A DNA stretch of 64,000 nucleotides, from positions 4,302,310-4,366,309 of the forward strand of contig CAVNZM010000008.1 in assembly GCA_963693365.1 (NCBI GenBank), given 5' to 3'. The notes under the pieces were generated by a model that was not told the DNA's origin, did no database searches, and saw nothing but the letters and a program-made list of their open reading frames with translations. This document shows positions 25,141 to 38,587 of this stretch, piece by piece (position 1 is the stretch's first letter; each line of letters opens with the position of its first letter). The position numbers and the translations under genes are program-made. Source of the DNA: Amoebidium appalachense. Taxonomy: Eukaryota; Protista; Ichthyosporea.

Positions 25141-27401
25141 ACATGAGAATGATGGTTTTGCCGCGGGTGCAAGTCATGATCATGTGGCTTCAACAAACTG
25201 ATAGGAGATCGCAGAGTTTACCTGCAGGCGGTCACGAAAAACTGCAGCACTTTTCAACGCACGATAGGAAATCCAGAAAATGTGGACCATTTTTTGCTTC
25301 TAATGCCAAAATATTGCTGTTATTGTAATGCACGATCCTACAGTATTCAAGTTGAATTTGCGAGGTCGAACGTTGTGAATTGAATCGGTGACGTGTTGGA
25401 GAGAATTGAAAGGCCGGATTGAGTGCATGGACTTCGTTGTTTTTCTGCGACTGTGCATAATCAACAAATACAAATAATTTAAATCTATACGCTAAGAAAG
25501 CTGCAAACGCACCTTTCCATAAATTTCGATCATCGTTATGTCGAAAAACAAAGTACTATGATGTGATTGTAACCACCGAGTGAGCCGAAATAGATCCAGA
25601 GATAATGGTGTAATATGATTTGCGGATCTAGATAGCAACATATCAAACGGTTCGCCACAAGCGTGACTATTATCCAATTATGTGAAACCTAGTTTAGGTA
25701 AGCCAATCATCAGTTCGATCCCATTATAACCTTGCCAGCATAGACCGGTTTAGAAATGATTTTTCCAAATTCTGCCTAACCTTATATAGCAACAATTCGA
25801 ATCTTGTGATTGGTTGCGCCAAAAATAAGGGCCAAGGTAAGGGCCGCTCAGGCGGTGACAGGCCAAAATCTCAGACCGACAGCCTCTCAAAAGCAGTTAG
25901 GCCCCGATTTTACTTAGAAAGTTGGTTTTCGTCCATAAAAATTTTTTTTTAGGAAATAAAAAGACGCGCAAAAATGATATAAGCAGTCGGGGTGCTCCGA
26001 CAACGCCTACATCGCTAAAATCATCAAAACCCGTCTTGCATAGCCTCTTACCACCTTGCCTCGAGGTCGATCGTCTATGATGAAATTATGGTTTTTGCCT
26101 GTTTTCGATATGAAATAGGTGCCGGACACCCCATGTTGCTTATACAAAAATTGCTTGTCGCTTTGTTTATCAAATTATTTTTAATGGAGCTAAACCCCTT
26201 TTCTATTCAAATTATTGATTTCAAGCATCATAAGCAGGATTTGGTATATGACCGCCAGGGCGATCATCAGCCCTTCATTTCGCCAGTTCGGCTGGCTGGA
26301 TCTCCATAGAGCGAAGCAAACACATTGAGCTTCTCAGTTAGTAAATCTAAGTTGGTCTATAGATTGTTCACAAGTTCACAACCTGGAAACCAGTCTAAAT
26401 CGCTTTATAATACTTGTGATGGTTTTAGGGATAGGCTTAGAATAGTATTTTTTAAAGCATGCATGACAACAGACACTCGTTTAGGATACGGTGCGAGCTC
26501 AAAGACTCTGCTGCGCGCCATGCATGCATATGTTTGAAAGGGCATAGTAAGATGGAAACAGGACGTACCTGTACACGTGAATTTACTTTTCCATCACGCT
26601 ATCTCTTCAAACAGTCCCGTTACCCGTCAGATTATTTGTGGCTCGGAAGCCTGAGCTAAAGCCTGAAGAACACATGGCGTCGTAACTTGTGTGTTGTGCC
26701 CGTGCCCAATTTGCAGAATATTTGGCCAGACTTAGTACTGAAAGAAAATTAGTTTGGCCCCCCATCTTGCAAGGTCACGCTATAATTAGATCGGTCATGA
26801 TATATCCACAGGATTAATCATGCTTTGAGCAGGCGCAAAGACAATACTCGATTATATGAATCAGAGGTTAGAAAGAAGAAAAAAGAAGCACGGTCTGATA
26901 CATATTCCTACTTCCTACTTTCTTTAAGTTTATCATAGTATAGATGAAAAGTGTCCCTGGCCCACGTGTACGGCGGCGGCGCGGCGGTGCGGCCGTGCTC
27001 CTCGACTGTGATTGGTGTATTTTTCGCGCCTTTTCTCTGATTTGGTAATGATAAGCCCTTGTACAAGCGCGGCTCTCTGAACCCTACAGTACAGATGCTC
27101 AGTTCCTCTGAGTTTGTTTTTCCTCCTACGTATACAGTCACTATATTCCTACTTTTTTTATTTTATAAAAACAAATATAGCTATACTACTGAGAATCAAA
27201 ACGTAGTTATTCTGGCACCTTTCCTAGTACGCTTACTAAGCGCATAAACACTTTTGGGCAACCATCATCAACACACGAGCTTGGAGAGCTTTTCAACACA
27301 CTCCCGAACACCTAGCAGAATATCATAGGCTAAGCATCACTAATAGTAGGTCACTTTTTGGTAGCATTTCAACATCCACCCCTCCCGTTTAACCTTCCAA
27401 C

Positions 27402-27486
27402 ATGGACCAGTCAATAGCCACACAGGTCATTCTACAGTCCGTCGAAAATGCTATCGACCAAGAGATAGAGGTCGGCCCTCCCTCCG

Positions 27487-27521
<35 letters not shown>

Positions 27522-27724
27522 CCGTCCACCCCTCTACCCGTCCACATCCCCCTCCCTCCATCCCACTCTCTGTCCGGCCCCCGCCCGCGTCTCTCTCTCT
27601 CTTCCCTCCTCTCTCCACTTTCTCTCTCTCCCTCCCAGCCCCCCCCCCCCCCTCGCGCCTCTCCCTCCCCCCTATACACTATCTCTCCCCGTCTTCCCCC
27701 CCCTCTCTCTCTCACCCCTCTCCC

Positions 27725-27761
<37 letters not shown>

Positions 27762-27798
27762 TTCCGCCGCCGCTTTCCCTCTCCCTCTCTCACGCCCC

Positions 27799-27830
<32 letters not shown>

Positions 27831-28850
27831 TTCCCCTCCCCCCCTGTCCTCTGTGTCCCCTCTTCCCCCCTCTCCTAGTCTTCTCACACATCACCCCACA
27901 CCACTCCCCGTTCCTGCTCACGTCTCCCCCCCCCCCCCTCCCCCCCCCTCTTTTGCACTCGACTTCTTTCTAAATCACTTCAGCTCCACCTCCTAACCAA
28001 TACAGTTCTAACGTTGCTTCCCCCCCACTCCCACCGCCGCTGTTAATCATCCTACCTCTGGCCTCTCCTCAGCTCCCTACCTCAAGGAGCCATAGGCTCA
28101 CTTACACACGCACATATACACACACGGTCGTCCACGTACACACGTGTGCATGTGCACAGGTATGCATACACGTACACACGAGATCACACACAGGTGCATA
28201 CGTGCGCACACATACATGGTCCAGTAAGGACATCCGCACTTCCCGGCCAACCACATACACAGGAAATCACATTATACAAGCCCTAACATACACGCGAACA
28301 CCACAGTAACACACATATGTACGCGCGCATACACGCAAGCACCACGCACGTACGTACACACACGTACACACACACACACTCACACACACACACAAAATCA
28401 AACACGCACAAAGACCCAAACAAGTTACTCCTCCCCTCCCCACCGTCACGCACTATGGCATTCAGTGGTCCTTTCTCCCCTCCGCCCTCTCCCCCTTCCC
28501 CCCTCACTCCCTCCCCCCTCCCTCCACCCCTCATCCCGTCCCCCCTACCTCCGTTGCCCCCTCTCTTCCTCCAACCCCCTCCCCCTGGCCCAACCCCGCC
28601 CCCCTCCAATTTTCCTTCTTTCCCCCCCCCTTCCCCCTTCCCCCTGCTTCCCAGCTTCTTTCCCTCCGGATACTGCAACCCGATCCCACCTCCCCCTGTT
28701 CTTCGCTCCCTCTCACCCTTTCCTACCACTCTTTCCCTCACTGCCCCAAAGATGCCTACCACACCACCGAGTGACCCTATCCCACATACACGTTTCGTGT
28801 CTCCCCCCTCCCCCCCCCCCCCCCCCCCCCCCTCTTCCCCTCCCCCCACC

Positions 28851-28888
<38 letters not shown>

Positions 28889-29391
28889 GGCCAATAGTTT
28901 TAGGCAACCGAAAACCCAAACACGATATTTGGATGAAATGATAAGCAAAGTAGAAATGAGGAATCTATGGCTAAATATTATGAATGAAAAAAACAGAAAC
29001 TTGACAATCTCGGTGGAGATGACTTGGATGCCATCCGAAGGAAGCGACTGCAGGAACTAAGGGCGCGTGAGGAGGAGAAGAGGAACTGGTGTGTGTGTGT
29101 GCGTGAGTGCGTGTTCGTGTGTGGACACGTGCAGGTGTGTTCAGTATATGCGTGAGTGATGGGAAAGGAAGGAGTATGGTGCATGTGTGTGTGTGTGTAT
29201 GTGTGTGGTGGTGGAGGTGGTGGTGGTGGTGGTGGTGGGGGGGGTGGGGGGGGGGAGAGAGGGGGGGGGGGAGGAGAGAGAGCGAGAGAGGGAGAGGGGT
29301 ACAAAGACAGGCAGGGAGAACGGGGTTCGAAACCATCCCCCCCCCCCCCCCCTCTCTCTCTCTCCCTCTGTGTGTGTGTGTATGTGTGTAT

Positions 29392-29438
<47 letters not shown>

Positions 29439-29843
29439 GTGTGCGCGCGCGCATGTTAACAGATGCTCATGCATGCACTTTTTCAGGGGCTCCAACGACC
29501 ACGGACGGCTGACAGAAATTAATAACGGTAAGCTGTACCCTCCCCTCCTCCCTCCCTCCCTCCCCCTACCCCCCTCCCTCCGTCTCTTTCACCCTCCCCA
29601 ATATACTACCCCCCCTCCCCACACCGTCCCCCCAATCCCCCCGATGGAAGCTCGGGTACTGTAGATGCCCCCCTCCCCCCCTGAGGATGGGCTCTGCTTA
29701 TTAACCATACTCTTTATGTGTGGCTGGCACTCTGCATCGTGTTCTCCGTTGTTAATGTGTACCTCCTTTCCCTCACCCTCCTCCCTCCCCCCCCCCCCCC
29801 CCCCCCCTCCTTCCCACCCCACGATACACACACACACACACTC

Positions 29844-29882
<39 letters not shown>

Positions 29883-30297
29883 TTACCCCCCTGCCCACCC
29901 CGGGGTCACCAAATAAATAAAAAATATAGAGAAGGAGTTTTTCGACGCTGCGAAAAAGAGTCGTCGTATCGTTGTGCTATTCTTCCGGCCGGGGTCTGAG
30001 GTTTGTGACGTCATGAGCCAACACTGCCAGCGATTGGCTGAAAATCACACGGAGACACGGTTTATCAAGGTACGCACGTGTAGTTTCTAATGATTACAGA
30101 TGGTGGTTAGAGCTGGTCCATGGTGCTTGCAAGAGTGTATTGGAATTTCTGTGTTAGAAGGGGCCGAGATGGAAATGGTGGCGGTGGCGAGGTGTGTGTA
30201 TGTGTGTGTTTGTGTGTATGCACGCCACACGTGTGCGTGCATGCGTGATGTGTGCGTGTGTGTGTGTATTTGTGTGTGTGTGTGTGTGTGTGTGACT

Positions 30298-30375
<78 letters not shown>

Positions 30376-30595
30376 ATGCGTCCTCCCCTATATAGAAGCC
30401 CCCACCCTCCCCCTTCCCCCTCCCCCCCCCTCCCTCCCCCCCCCCCCCCCCCCCCCCCTCTGCCACCGCCGCCCCAGCCGCTGAAGATGGGCTGCATTTA
30501 TGGGACATTGTTTTAGTTTTTGAATTCTTGCATGACTCAACTCTCTTTTGCCTGAGATCTTTATACTTCGTACTGTGCAACACATCATAAAGCCT

Positions 30596-30628
<33 letters not shown>

Positions 30629-30756
30629 TGCATTCCCCCACCATCATCACTGCTACGACCATGCATGCCAACAGACACAGGCACACATGCAGTATCCACA
30701 CCTACACCCGCGCAAACACACACACACATGCACACACACATGCATCCACACACAAC

Positions 30757-30836
<80 letters not shown>

Positions 30837-30896
30837 TACACACACACACATGCATCCACACACACCCAAGCACAAACACACACGCAAACACACACA

Positions 30897-30938
<42 letters not shown>

Positions 30939-31354
30939 AAATGCAGAAAAGAGTCCGTTTCTTGTGCAGCGACTTAAACTGTGGATGATGCCTACCATTG
31001 TGCTGGTGAGAGAGCAGCAGACAGAAAAACAGGTACGGTGCACACCACACGTACACACCACATGTGCACACGTACACACCACAAGTGCACACGTACACAC
31101 CACAAGTGCACACGTACACACCACAAGTGCACACGTACACGTGGACCACGCACATGTGCACCCCACACCTACACTCCACATGTACACGTGCACACGTACA
31201 CATCAAGTGTCCAAGTGGACACATCACACATGCACCCGCACATGTGCACACGTACATGTGCATGTGCACACGTCTTCATGCGGACACACACACCACTTTG
31301 AATTTGGTAGAGAAGACGGCAAGGGGAAGCCAAAGGGAACCCACGGGGAGGAGT

Positions 31355-31385
<31 letters not shown>

Positions 31386-31601
31386 AGGGTCTGATTTCCT
31401 CATGCCCTTGTCCAAGGTAGTAATACCTGCTGTCACGACGAGTGATCCCCCCCATCCCCACCCCCACCCCGCCGAACCACCACCATCACCACCAAGAAAA
31501 GAAAACGAAGAAAGAAACGAAGAAAAGAAAAAGGAAAAAGAAGGGAAAACTACATAAACACACGCACATACACATACATATATTAAGCACCCACATGTGG
31601 G

Positions 31602-31666
<65 letters not shown>

Positions 31667-31981
31667 TTGTGGTGCTTACTCCCCCCCCCCCCCCCCCCCC
31701 TCCCTCCCCCCCCTTCCTGCTCGCCGGGTAAGTTGTGCTTCGCGCTGTGTACTGCATTCTGACCTCCCCCCCCCCCCTCCCCCCCTCCCCCCCCCTTCCC
31801 CCCCCTCTCTCTGTAGTACGTTGGATTGGATGCATTCGGTGGAGTAAACTTCGAGACTTCCGTGTTGGAGCGAAAGTTGATTGATGACGACATCATCGAT
31901 GGGACGGGGGCCAAAACCCAAACTGGAGTCCGACAGTCGAGACTGACCAATTACAACGATGATGACCTGGATTGGGATTAG
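27402..31981 (+). CDS. TXNDC9: Thioredoxin domain-containing protein 9 / phosducin-like protein 3 (CCT co-chaperone)
   Basis: Exons 27402-27470, 28997-29088, 29487-29527, 29930-30069, 30937-31032, 31817-31981. Translation: MDQSIATQVILQSVENAIDQEIEKLDNLGGDDLDAIRRKRLQEL...WGSNDHGRLTEINNEKEFFDAAKKSRRIVVLFFR...C...HTETRFIKVNAEKSPFLVQRLKLWMMPTIVL...VGLDAFGG.NFETSVLE...DDDLDWD*. These are the recalled PhLP3 motifs, with no disruptions. Confidence 0.93.
29681..29765 (+). repeat. ~105-nt intronic element, diverged 3'-truncated copy (TXNDC9 intron 3)
   Basis: ctgaggatgggctctgcttattaaccatactctttatgtgtggctggcactctgcatcgtgttctccgtt aligns co-linearly with the young copies. Confidence 0.85.
30481..30590 (+). 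repeat. ~105-nt intronic element, decayed copy (TXNDC9 intron 4)
   Basis: Starts ctgaagatgggctg, ends tacttcgtactgtgcaacacat, between C-runs. Confidence 0.6.
31046..31141. repeat. 21-bp minisatellite (gtgcacacgtacacaccacaa) x ~4.5
   Basis: Directly visible at the 5' end of TXNDC9 intron 5. Confidence 0.9.
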
Positions 31982-32605
31982 ACCTCACCTAATCGTGGCA
32001 ATCTCGATGAATGGAAGTTAATTGGTATGCGATTGACCAAGCTGGATTGGGATTAGACTTCGTGCAATTGCGATAATTGGAATCTGATCGGAATTCGATC
32101 TGCTCTTCAGTTGGAGATCAGTTGTGCATACGCCGTGACAGGTCGGAGCGACAATAAGATTGTGATGGAAATTTGAGGGATACTCTAGAATAATCCCCCC
32201 GACAGGGCCGGCTCAATATTGAGATGGTGTCGGTGTCAACAAGGGCAGTCTGTGATTTCCCACATGTAGCACCTTTCCCACTTTAGAATAAATCTGTATA
32301 TCCTCCAGGTTATAATGTCTCGGTCATGAAATTTCAATGCTTGTAGCTTTTTATGCGCCTAGCCTGTGGCTGCGTGAATCTTGAGAACCAAATATAGAGA
32401 TTATTTTTGCCATACATGGGTTATCTATGTGTATGCATAGCTATCCAAAGTCGCCATAGTGCACATGCCTTCCATTTCATGTACCTGCCTTTCAAGTTGT
32501 TCTACATGTGGTGTATATTCGCATATCCCTTGCACCACGTGTGAGCTGAAGTGTATTTGGGTATGAATCCCTTTATGTGTGCATGTCTGTGTGTGTGTGT
32601 GTGTT

Positions 32606-32654
<49 letters not shown>

Positions 32655-32660
32655 CGTGAC

Positions 32661-32727
<67 letters not shown>

Positions 32728-33227
32728 CGCGACCACGTGTGTCTGTGTGTGTTTAAGTGTGTGCACGCGCATGTGTGTACATTGTGATATGGATGGTCAT
32801 ATTCTTTATATAGTGGTGTGTACGTGTGCCCTATACCTTTATACCTTAAACTGTGATGCATGGCCATATCTATGCCATATATGCCGGGACACACAGGTCT
32901 TTTCACCGTATCTAAACATACATGCAGGGATCCATCACAGTCGGCGCAAGCCAAAGCTCTCATAAATTACTATGATATACCCCAAACCCGGTTCCAAAGC
33001 ATATGTTAACCTATTATGCATCTCCCCCTAAACCAGTACTCCTATATATGTGAAAGTTGGAGCTCTTACTTGTTAAACAATATGTTTGTGTAATAGTCAA
33101 CGCCGAATAAAGCAAATCAAATGTATGCTGCGTACATTTCAAATTGACAGTTCAGATGGTGTACTGGTGCGCTCTCAGACCTAGAACTGAATCAACAAGT
33201 TTAACCCGAAATTTTTAAAACAAACCC

Positions 33228-33269
<42 letters not shown>

Positions 33270-33999
33270 ACCCACCCACCCAAGGTTTTGCTCTCTTCAC
33301 TCAACCGCCTACACGAATTTGACAAACACACGTGTGTTCATCGTGTCACCATCAAGTGTGCACTGGACGGATACCCCAACCAGGCACTCACCACATTAAC
33401 AGGGTGTGTAGGTCCCTCCCTGCCCTAGAATATCTCGAGACCGACAACTTACCAACCCCACCCGTCAAGCCGGATGAGGAGATCGTAGGGCTACGGAGCT
33501 TAAAGTCGCTGGTAATGAGCAAGGCGGTTTTGGCGTATAATTTTTTTTTGGGATACATGCAGAGAGCTGAAAATTTTGGAAAAAATAACATTCCGGCTGC
33601 CACGACCGGTGCACCGAGTTTGGAAGATCGACCATCACATTGATTTGGATATGCTAGAACAATGCACGAAACTACGCGACTTAAATATCGACTTTCCCAA
33701 AGGCCAAGTGGCTGTTTTCCCTAAGCTACCCCTGTTGGAAAAAGTGGCTTTGATGGCGAGTGACGCGGAGTTGGAAGGGATAGAAGCATGCACGTCGCTG
33801 TAAGTCTTCGACGTTTATTTTGGTGGCAGTTGGATGGGGGCGCCACGTTTACGCACGTCCCAACTCGAGGAATTTTCGGCGTGTTGCGGAGGCAAGTGGA
33901 ATCACTACGATGGGCTCAGTGATACGGGATATTTGAGAGATAGCCGGCACACGTTCAAGAAACTGACCTTGAGGCATTTTGGTTAGACACACAGGCAAG

Positions 34000-34039
<40 letters not shown>

Positions 34040-34055
34040 CCCCCCTCTCCGGGAT

Positions 34056-34149
34056 CTGATGGGCTCTTGATATGATTCATTATTTTTATGTGTAATTTGC
34101 AATCTGCATTGTGCCGTCCGTCCGAGCGTACTTCGAATTTTGTAACACA

Positions 34150-34150
<1 letters not shown>
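34056..34150 (+). repeat. ~105-nt intronic element, decayed copy
   Basis: ctgatgggctct...tttatgtgtaatttgcaatctgcattgtg...gtacttcgaattttgtaacacat between C-runs. Confidence 0.7.
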
Positions 34151-34224
<74 letters not shown>

Positions 34225-34487
34225 CTTCCAGTCTTTCTGTAACTGCAAATATTAATGGATGCTCTGGTGCATATAGCCTATAGCAGCTAAAGGGGGGGGA
34301 TTCAAAAATGCCTTTTTGCTTTTTCTGTTTGGTTGTGGTGTGATTCTGGGTGCCTTTCTATCGCACATGGGTACATGCTTGTGTAGATGAGGGCATGTAT
34401 GTGTTGGGTTGTGTGTGTGTGTATTTGTGTTTCCAGTGGTATACGTGCCGCCAGCTATCCGAGGCCACAACTCTTAGTATCTACTCT

Positions 34488-34526
<39 letters not shown>

Positions 34527-34632
34527 CCCACGGGTGACCTACCCATGTTCAAGTGAAACAGTATCTGAGTTGGGTTTCGTTAACGAGGTGAATAGGTCGA
34601 AACTCGGGTGCTGTGGATGACGTGGGCCCCCG

Positions 34633-34738
34633 CTGAGGATGGGCTCTGCCTATTATGCATACTCTTTATGTATGGCTTGCATTCTGCATCGTGTTATCCG
34701 TTTGTTCTTGTGTACTTCGTACTTTTTGACGCATTCAA
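34633..34738 (+). repeat. ~105-nt intronic element, young copy
   Basis: 103/104 nt identical to the reverse complement of 4335-4438. Confidence 0.9.
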
Positions 34739-34771
34739 CCCCCCCCCCCCCCCCCCCCCCCCCCCGCCCCT

Positions 34772-34814
<43 letters not shown>

Positions 34815-34949
34815 TTTGACACATTCCATGATTCCCTGATGCTCAGTCTACCTGGATCTCTCCCTTCCTCTTTTCCCATTACCCTGCACATAAGCCTTCC
34901 CATCTAACGATCACCGTTATTTCACCTTTTAAGTAATCCCCCCCCCCCC

Positions 34950-34980
<31 letters not shown>

Positions 34981-36025
34981 ATTTATGTCTCCCCCTTCCT
35001 TTCCCCCTCCCCCCCCCCCCCCCCCCCCCACACACACACACATGCCTTTCATAACTAATCTGCCCCCTCCCCACTTCTTCCTCCCCCTCCCCCCCCCCTC
35101 CTCCCCCCCCCCCCCCCCCCCCCCCGCCCCCTCACCCAGATCCCCTTCCTCCCCCAATCCCCCACCCATACGCCCGATACAAACACCACCACACACGTTT
35201 CACCTTCTCTCTCTCGTCACATGTGAGGGTGCATGCATACGGCCACACACACACGTACACATGCATCCCACAACCACCACCTAACTACCGGTTCTACCCG
35301 ATCTGGATGAACTCAGAGAGCTGCATCTTGCAGCACCGGATCTTGAAGGCGAAGATGTCGAGGAAGGCGATGGTTTCAATCTTAACGGACACTTTTCATT
35401 GGTCAACAATCCACACCTAAAATCTTTGTCCATCGAAAAGTTCTGTGATGTTTCCTCTGTCGGGCCCGTCCCCACCACCCCCCACGTACTCACTAAAATA
35501 TATCTGTCGGAGTTGGATAAGCTCACTGACATTTACGCACTCTCTTCATGTGTATATCTCGTTGAATTTGAGGCGGACTGTCTTGGCCGTCTCCAGAATT
35601 TATCTCCCCTGGGACACTGCCGGGTGCTTAAAACCGTCAGCCTGATCAGCATGAAAAGTCTCACGGACATAAGCCCCATTTCCCGTTGCCCCATTCTGTC
35701 GGACCTTACACTCATCCAACTAGAAGGATTGTTCGATGTCTCGTGTTTGGTGTCTCATCCAAATTTGCATCAAATTGAGCTGGAGGATTTGAGGGCAGAC
35801 CTCTCGGTGTTGGTGTCGTGTCCGCATCTGGAGTTGGTGTGTATCCCTGGTGCACGTGATGTGCCGGGGGGCAAAGATCTCCAATATGCAGTCAATCAGG
35901 TAGGTGCCTTCCCCCCCTTCTCCACTTCACTTCTCTCTGCCTCCCCACCCTTCTCCCTCCCTATCCCCTTCATTTCTCCCTCCCTCCCTCCCTTCCTCCC
36001 TCCCTCCCCCCCCCTCTCTCCCCCT

Positions 36026-36056
<31 letters not shown>

Positions 36057-36134
36057 CCCCCTTTCTCGCTCCCTTGCCCAGCCTGCGCCCTGAGCTCCCC
36101 CCCCCCCCTTCTCCCCTCCCTCCGTTAGTTTCTT

Positions 36135-36238
<104 letters not shown>

Positions 36239-36456
36239 CCCCCCCCCCCCCCTCCCCCCTTCTCCCCCCCCCCCCCCCCCTTCTCCCCCCCCCCCCCCCC
36301 ACCACCACCACCACCACCACTCGCACCTCCCCAACCCCCCACCTCCCACTCCCCCGTCTCCCCCCTCTCGCTTTGTCTCCCCTCTCACTTGTCAGCTTTT
36401 CCCTCCAACCCCCGCCCACCCCCGCCCACCCACCCACCCGCCCACCCATCACCTGC

Positions 36457-36517
<61 letters not shown>

Positions 36518-37869
36518 ACACACACACACAACAAAAAAAAAAAAAAAAAAAAAGCCTTTAAACTTTGTGACCCCTTCCCACCCCCACTCCTCATCGGTCT
36601 CCCTCCCCTCCACACTTTATCTGCTTTCCCCTCTCTGCATGTCAGCGTGTTGGTGAGCACTCCAAAAAGCCCAACTTCTTCTTTGGTTCTCTGTTGTGTT
36701 TTTTTTTCCCCTTCCTTGTAATCCGGGCGTTGTATTTAATATGTTTTGTCTACTCGTCAGAAACTAAGGATGGGTTTAGTATTACGTGCAAGAGTCCAAA
36801 GAGTCCGGCCCCTTTTTAGATCATATCTGGAGACTTGCATGTAGGAGCCCCCCTGATGATGTGCTCTGTTCAAGTATCTTTTAATCCGCCTGCAGTTACT
36901 GAGTTGCTCTTTTCAGTTATCTACTCGGGCTTTCAATGACCTTTGCTTCGATTGTTTTTTCCCCCCTAGTTTATGCCCCCCCCCCTTCCTCCCCCCTCCC
37001 CCCCCCCCCCCTCCTCCTCCTCCCCCCCTCCCCCCCCCTCCCTCCCCCCGTGCAGAGGCTATTTGTTAACCTAGCCCCTATTCTCTCTCCCGTAAAAAGT
37101 GCGGGGCTGATCAGCTGGGTGATGGATTGTGACGGTATGATTCTCGGCCAATGAAACCACCCTCCTCGTTACCCTATATGGTAAGGATTAATTCAAATCA
37201 ACTAAAACGAATGCTGCTGGTATGAGGTGCCTTTCTTTTTGTCTTTTGTTTTCCTTTTTTTTTTTTTTTTTTTTTTTTTGTGGTTGGGTAGGTGGGTGGT
37301 TGGGTGGGTGGGTGGGTGGGTGAGTGGGTGCGGAGGGGGGGGGGAGGGGGGGGGGGGGGGGGGGAGGGGGGGGCTTCTTCGTGTTTGCCTTTAGATATAT
37401 ATATTTATTTTCTCACGTATGATTGATTCCCACTCTTAGGCGCTTATAAAATGCGGGTACGGATTAGAATGCAAACGCAACAAGTAATGCCTACCATACC
37501 ATACATGGTCACACCGTGTCGCGTGAAGTTCAAATGGATAAGCTCGGTCGGCATAGGAAGCTCGGTATTTTGCGTTTACAGCTTAAACTTTCCGACTATA
37601 TGCATGTAACCATCGGATAGTACACATGTTTTATTGGTCTGTATACGGTATACTTGACCCGGGTCTGACACAAATAAAAATCTGCATATTCGTCATGGCC
37701 TGGCGTATGGATACAACATCCTCCCCCCCCCCCCCCCCCCCCCCCCCCCCACCCTCCAGTAGCTGCACACACAAGCGCATGCGCACAATCAGAGGTTCCA
37801 CATGGATCAATGAAACGTTTCTCCTGGAACCCCTTGTTCTTGTTTATTCTTTATTCCCCCCTCCCCCCT

Positions 37870-37913
37870 CCCCCCTCCCCCCCCCCCCCCCAAAAAAAAA
37901 AAAAAAAAAGTCA

Positions 37914-37991
<78 letters not shown>

Positions 37992-38099
37992 CCACCACCA
38001 CCACGCGCGCGCACACACAACCACCACGCGCGCGTTCAGATGATCTCCCCCCTACCCCCCCCCCCCCCCCCAAAAAAAAAAAAAAAAAAAAAAAAAGTC

Positions 38100-38172
<73 letters not shown>

Positions 38173-38225
38173 CCACCACTACCACGCGCGCGCACACAAA
38201 ACCAAAACGAGCGCGCGTTCAGATC
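37870..38225. repeat. Tandem duplication of a composite simple-repeat module (~180 bp)
   Basis: C-run / A-run / gtcaa(ca)n / accaccac / cgcgcgcgcacaca / gcgcgcgttcagat occurs twice in succession. Confidence 0.8.
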
Positions 38226-38538
38226 GATGATGTGAGATGAATGTGAGATGGTACCGTGGTCAGAGATGTGAGGCGTGAGTAGGTGGGACACTTGGGCCAA
38301 GTACACGGTTCAGGTGCATCTTTAATAGTGCTGTCGTGTGAGGCCTTTGCTGTGGTTCCACTCCCTCTCGTACTCAGACTGTAACCGTGCGGTACTCAAT
38401 CCGTCTGAGAGTGTGGGCGCACTGGGTATTTATACCTCTCGTGCAACCACTAATTGTTTAGCAATTAGGCACTCGTATGATAGATCCACACACTCGTAAG
38501 CGGCTCGGCACTATGTGCGGGTCCGTCTTCCAATGATC

Positions 38539-38587
<49 letters not shown>

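Noticed and set aside
32203-32214. CAGGGCCGGCTC, resembling a hAT-type terminal repeat
   Set aside because: No matching inverted partner or target-site duplication was found in the window.
34633-34660. Hammerhead ribozyme: the element starts with CTGAGGA (CUGANGA) followed by a hairpin
   Set aside because: The obligatory GAAA after stem II is absent (TTATGC follows) and no stem I/III with an NUH site could be built.
34635-34736. Hydrophobic peptide EDGLCLLCILFMYG… open in three element copies
   Set aside because: There is no start or splice context, older copies have frame-breaking indels, and the hydrophobicity follows from T/G richness.
36845-36909. C/D-box snoRNA-like pattern (gagc…TGATGA…CTGA…gctc)
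   Set aside because: The C-to-D span is only ~49 nt, with no C'/D' boxes or recognisable rRNA guide, so it is compatible with chance.
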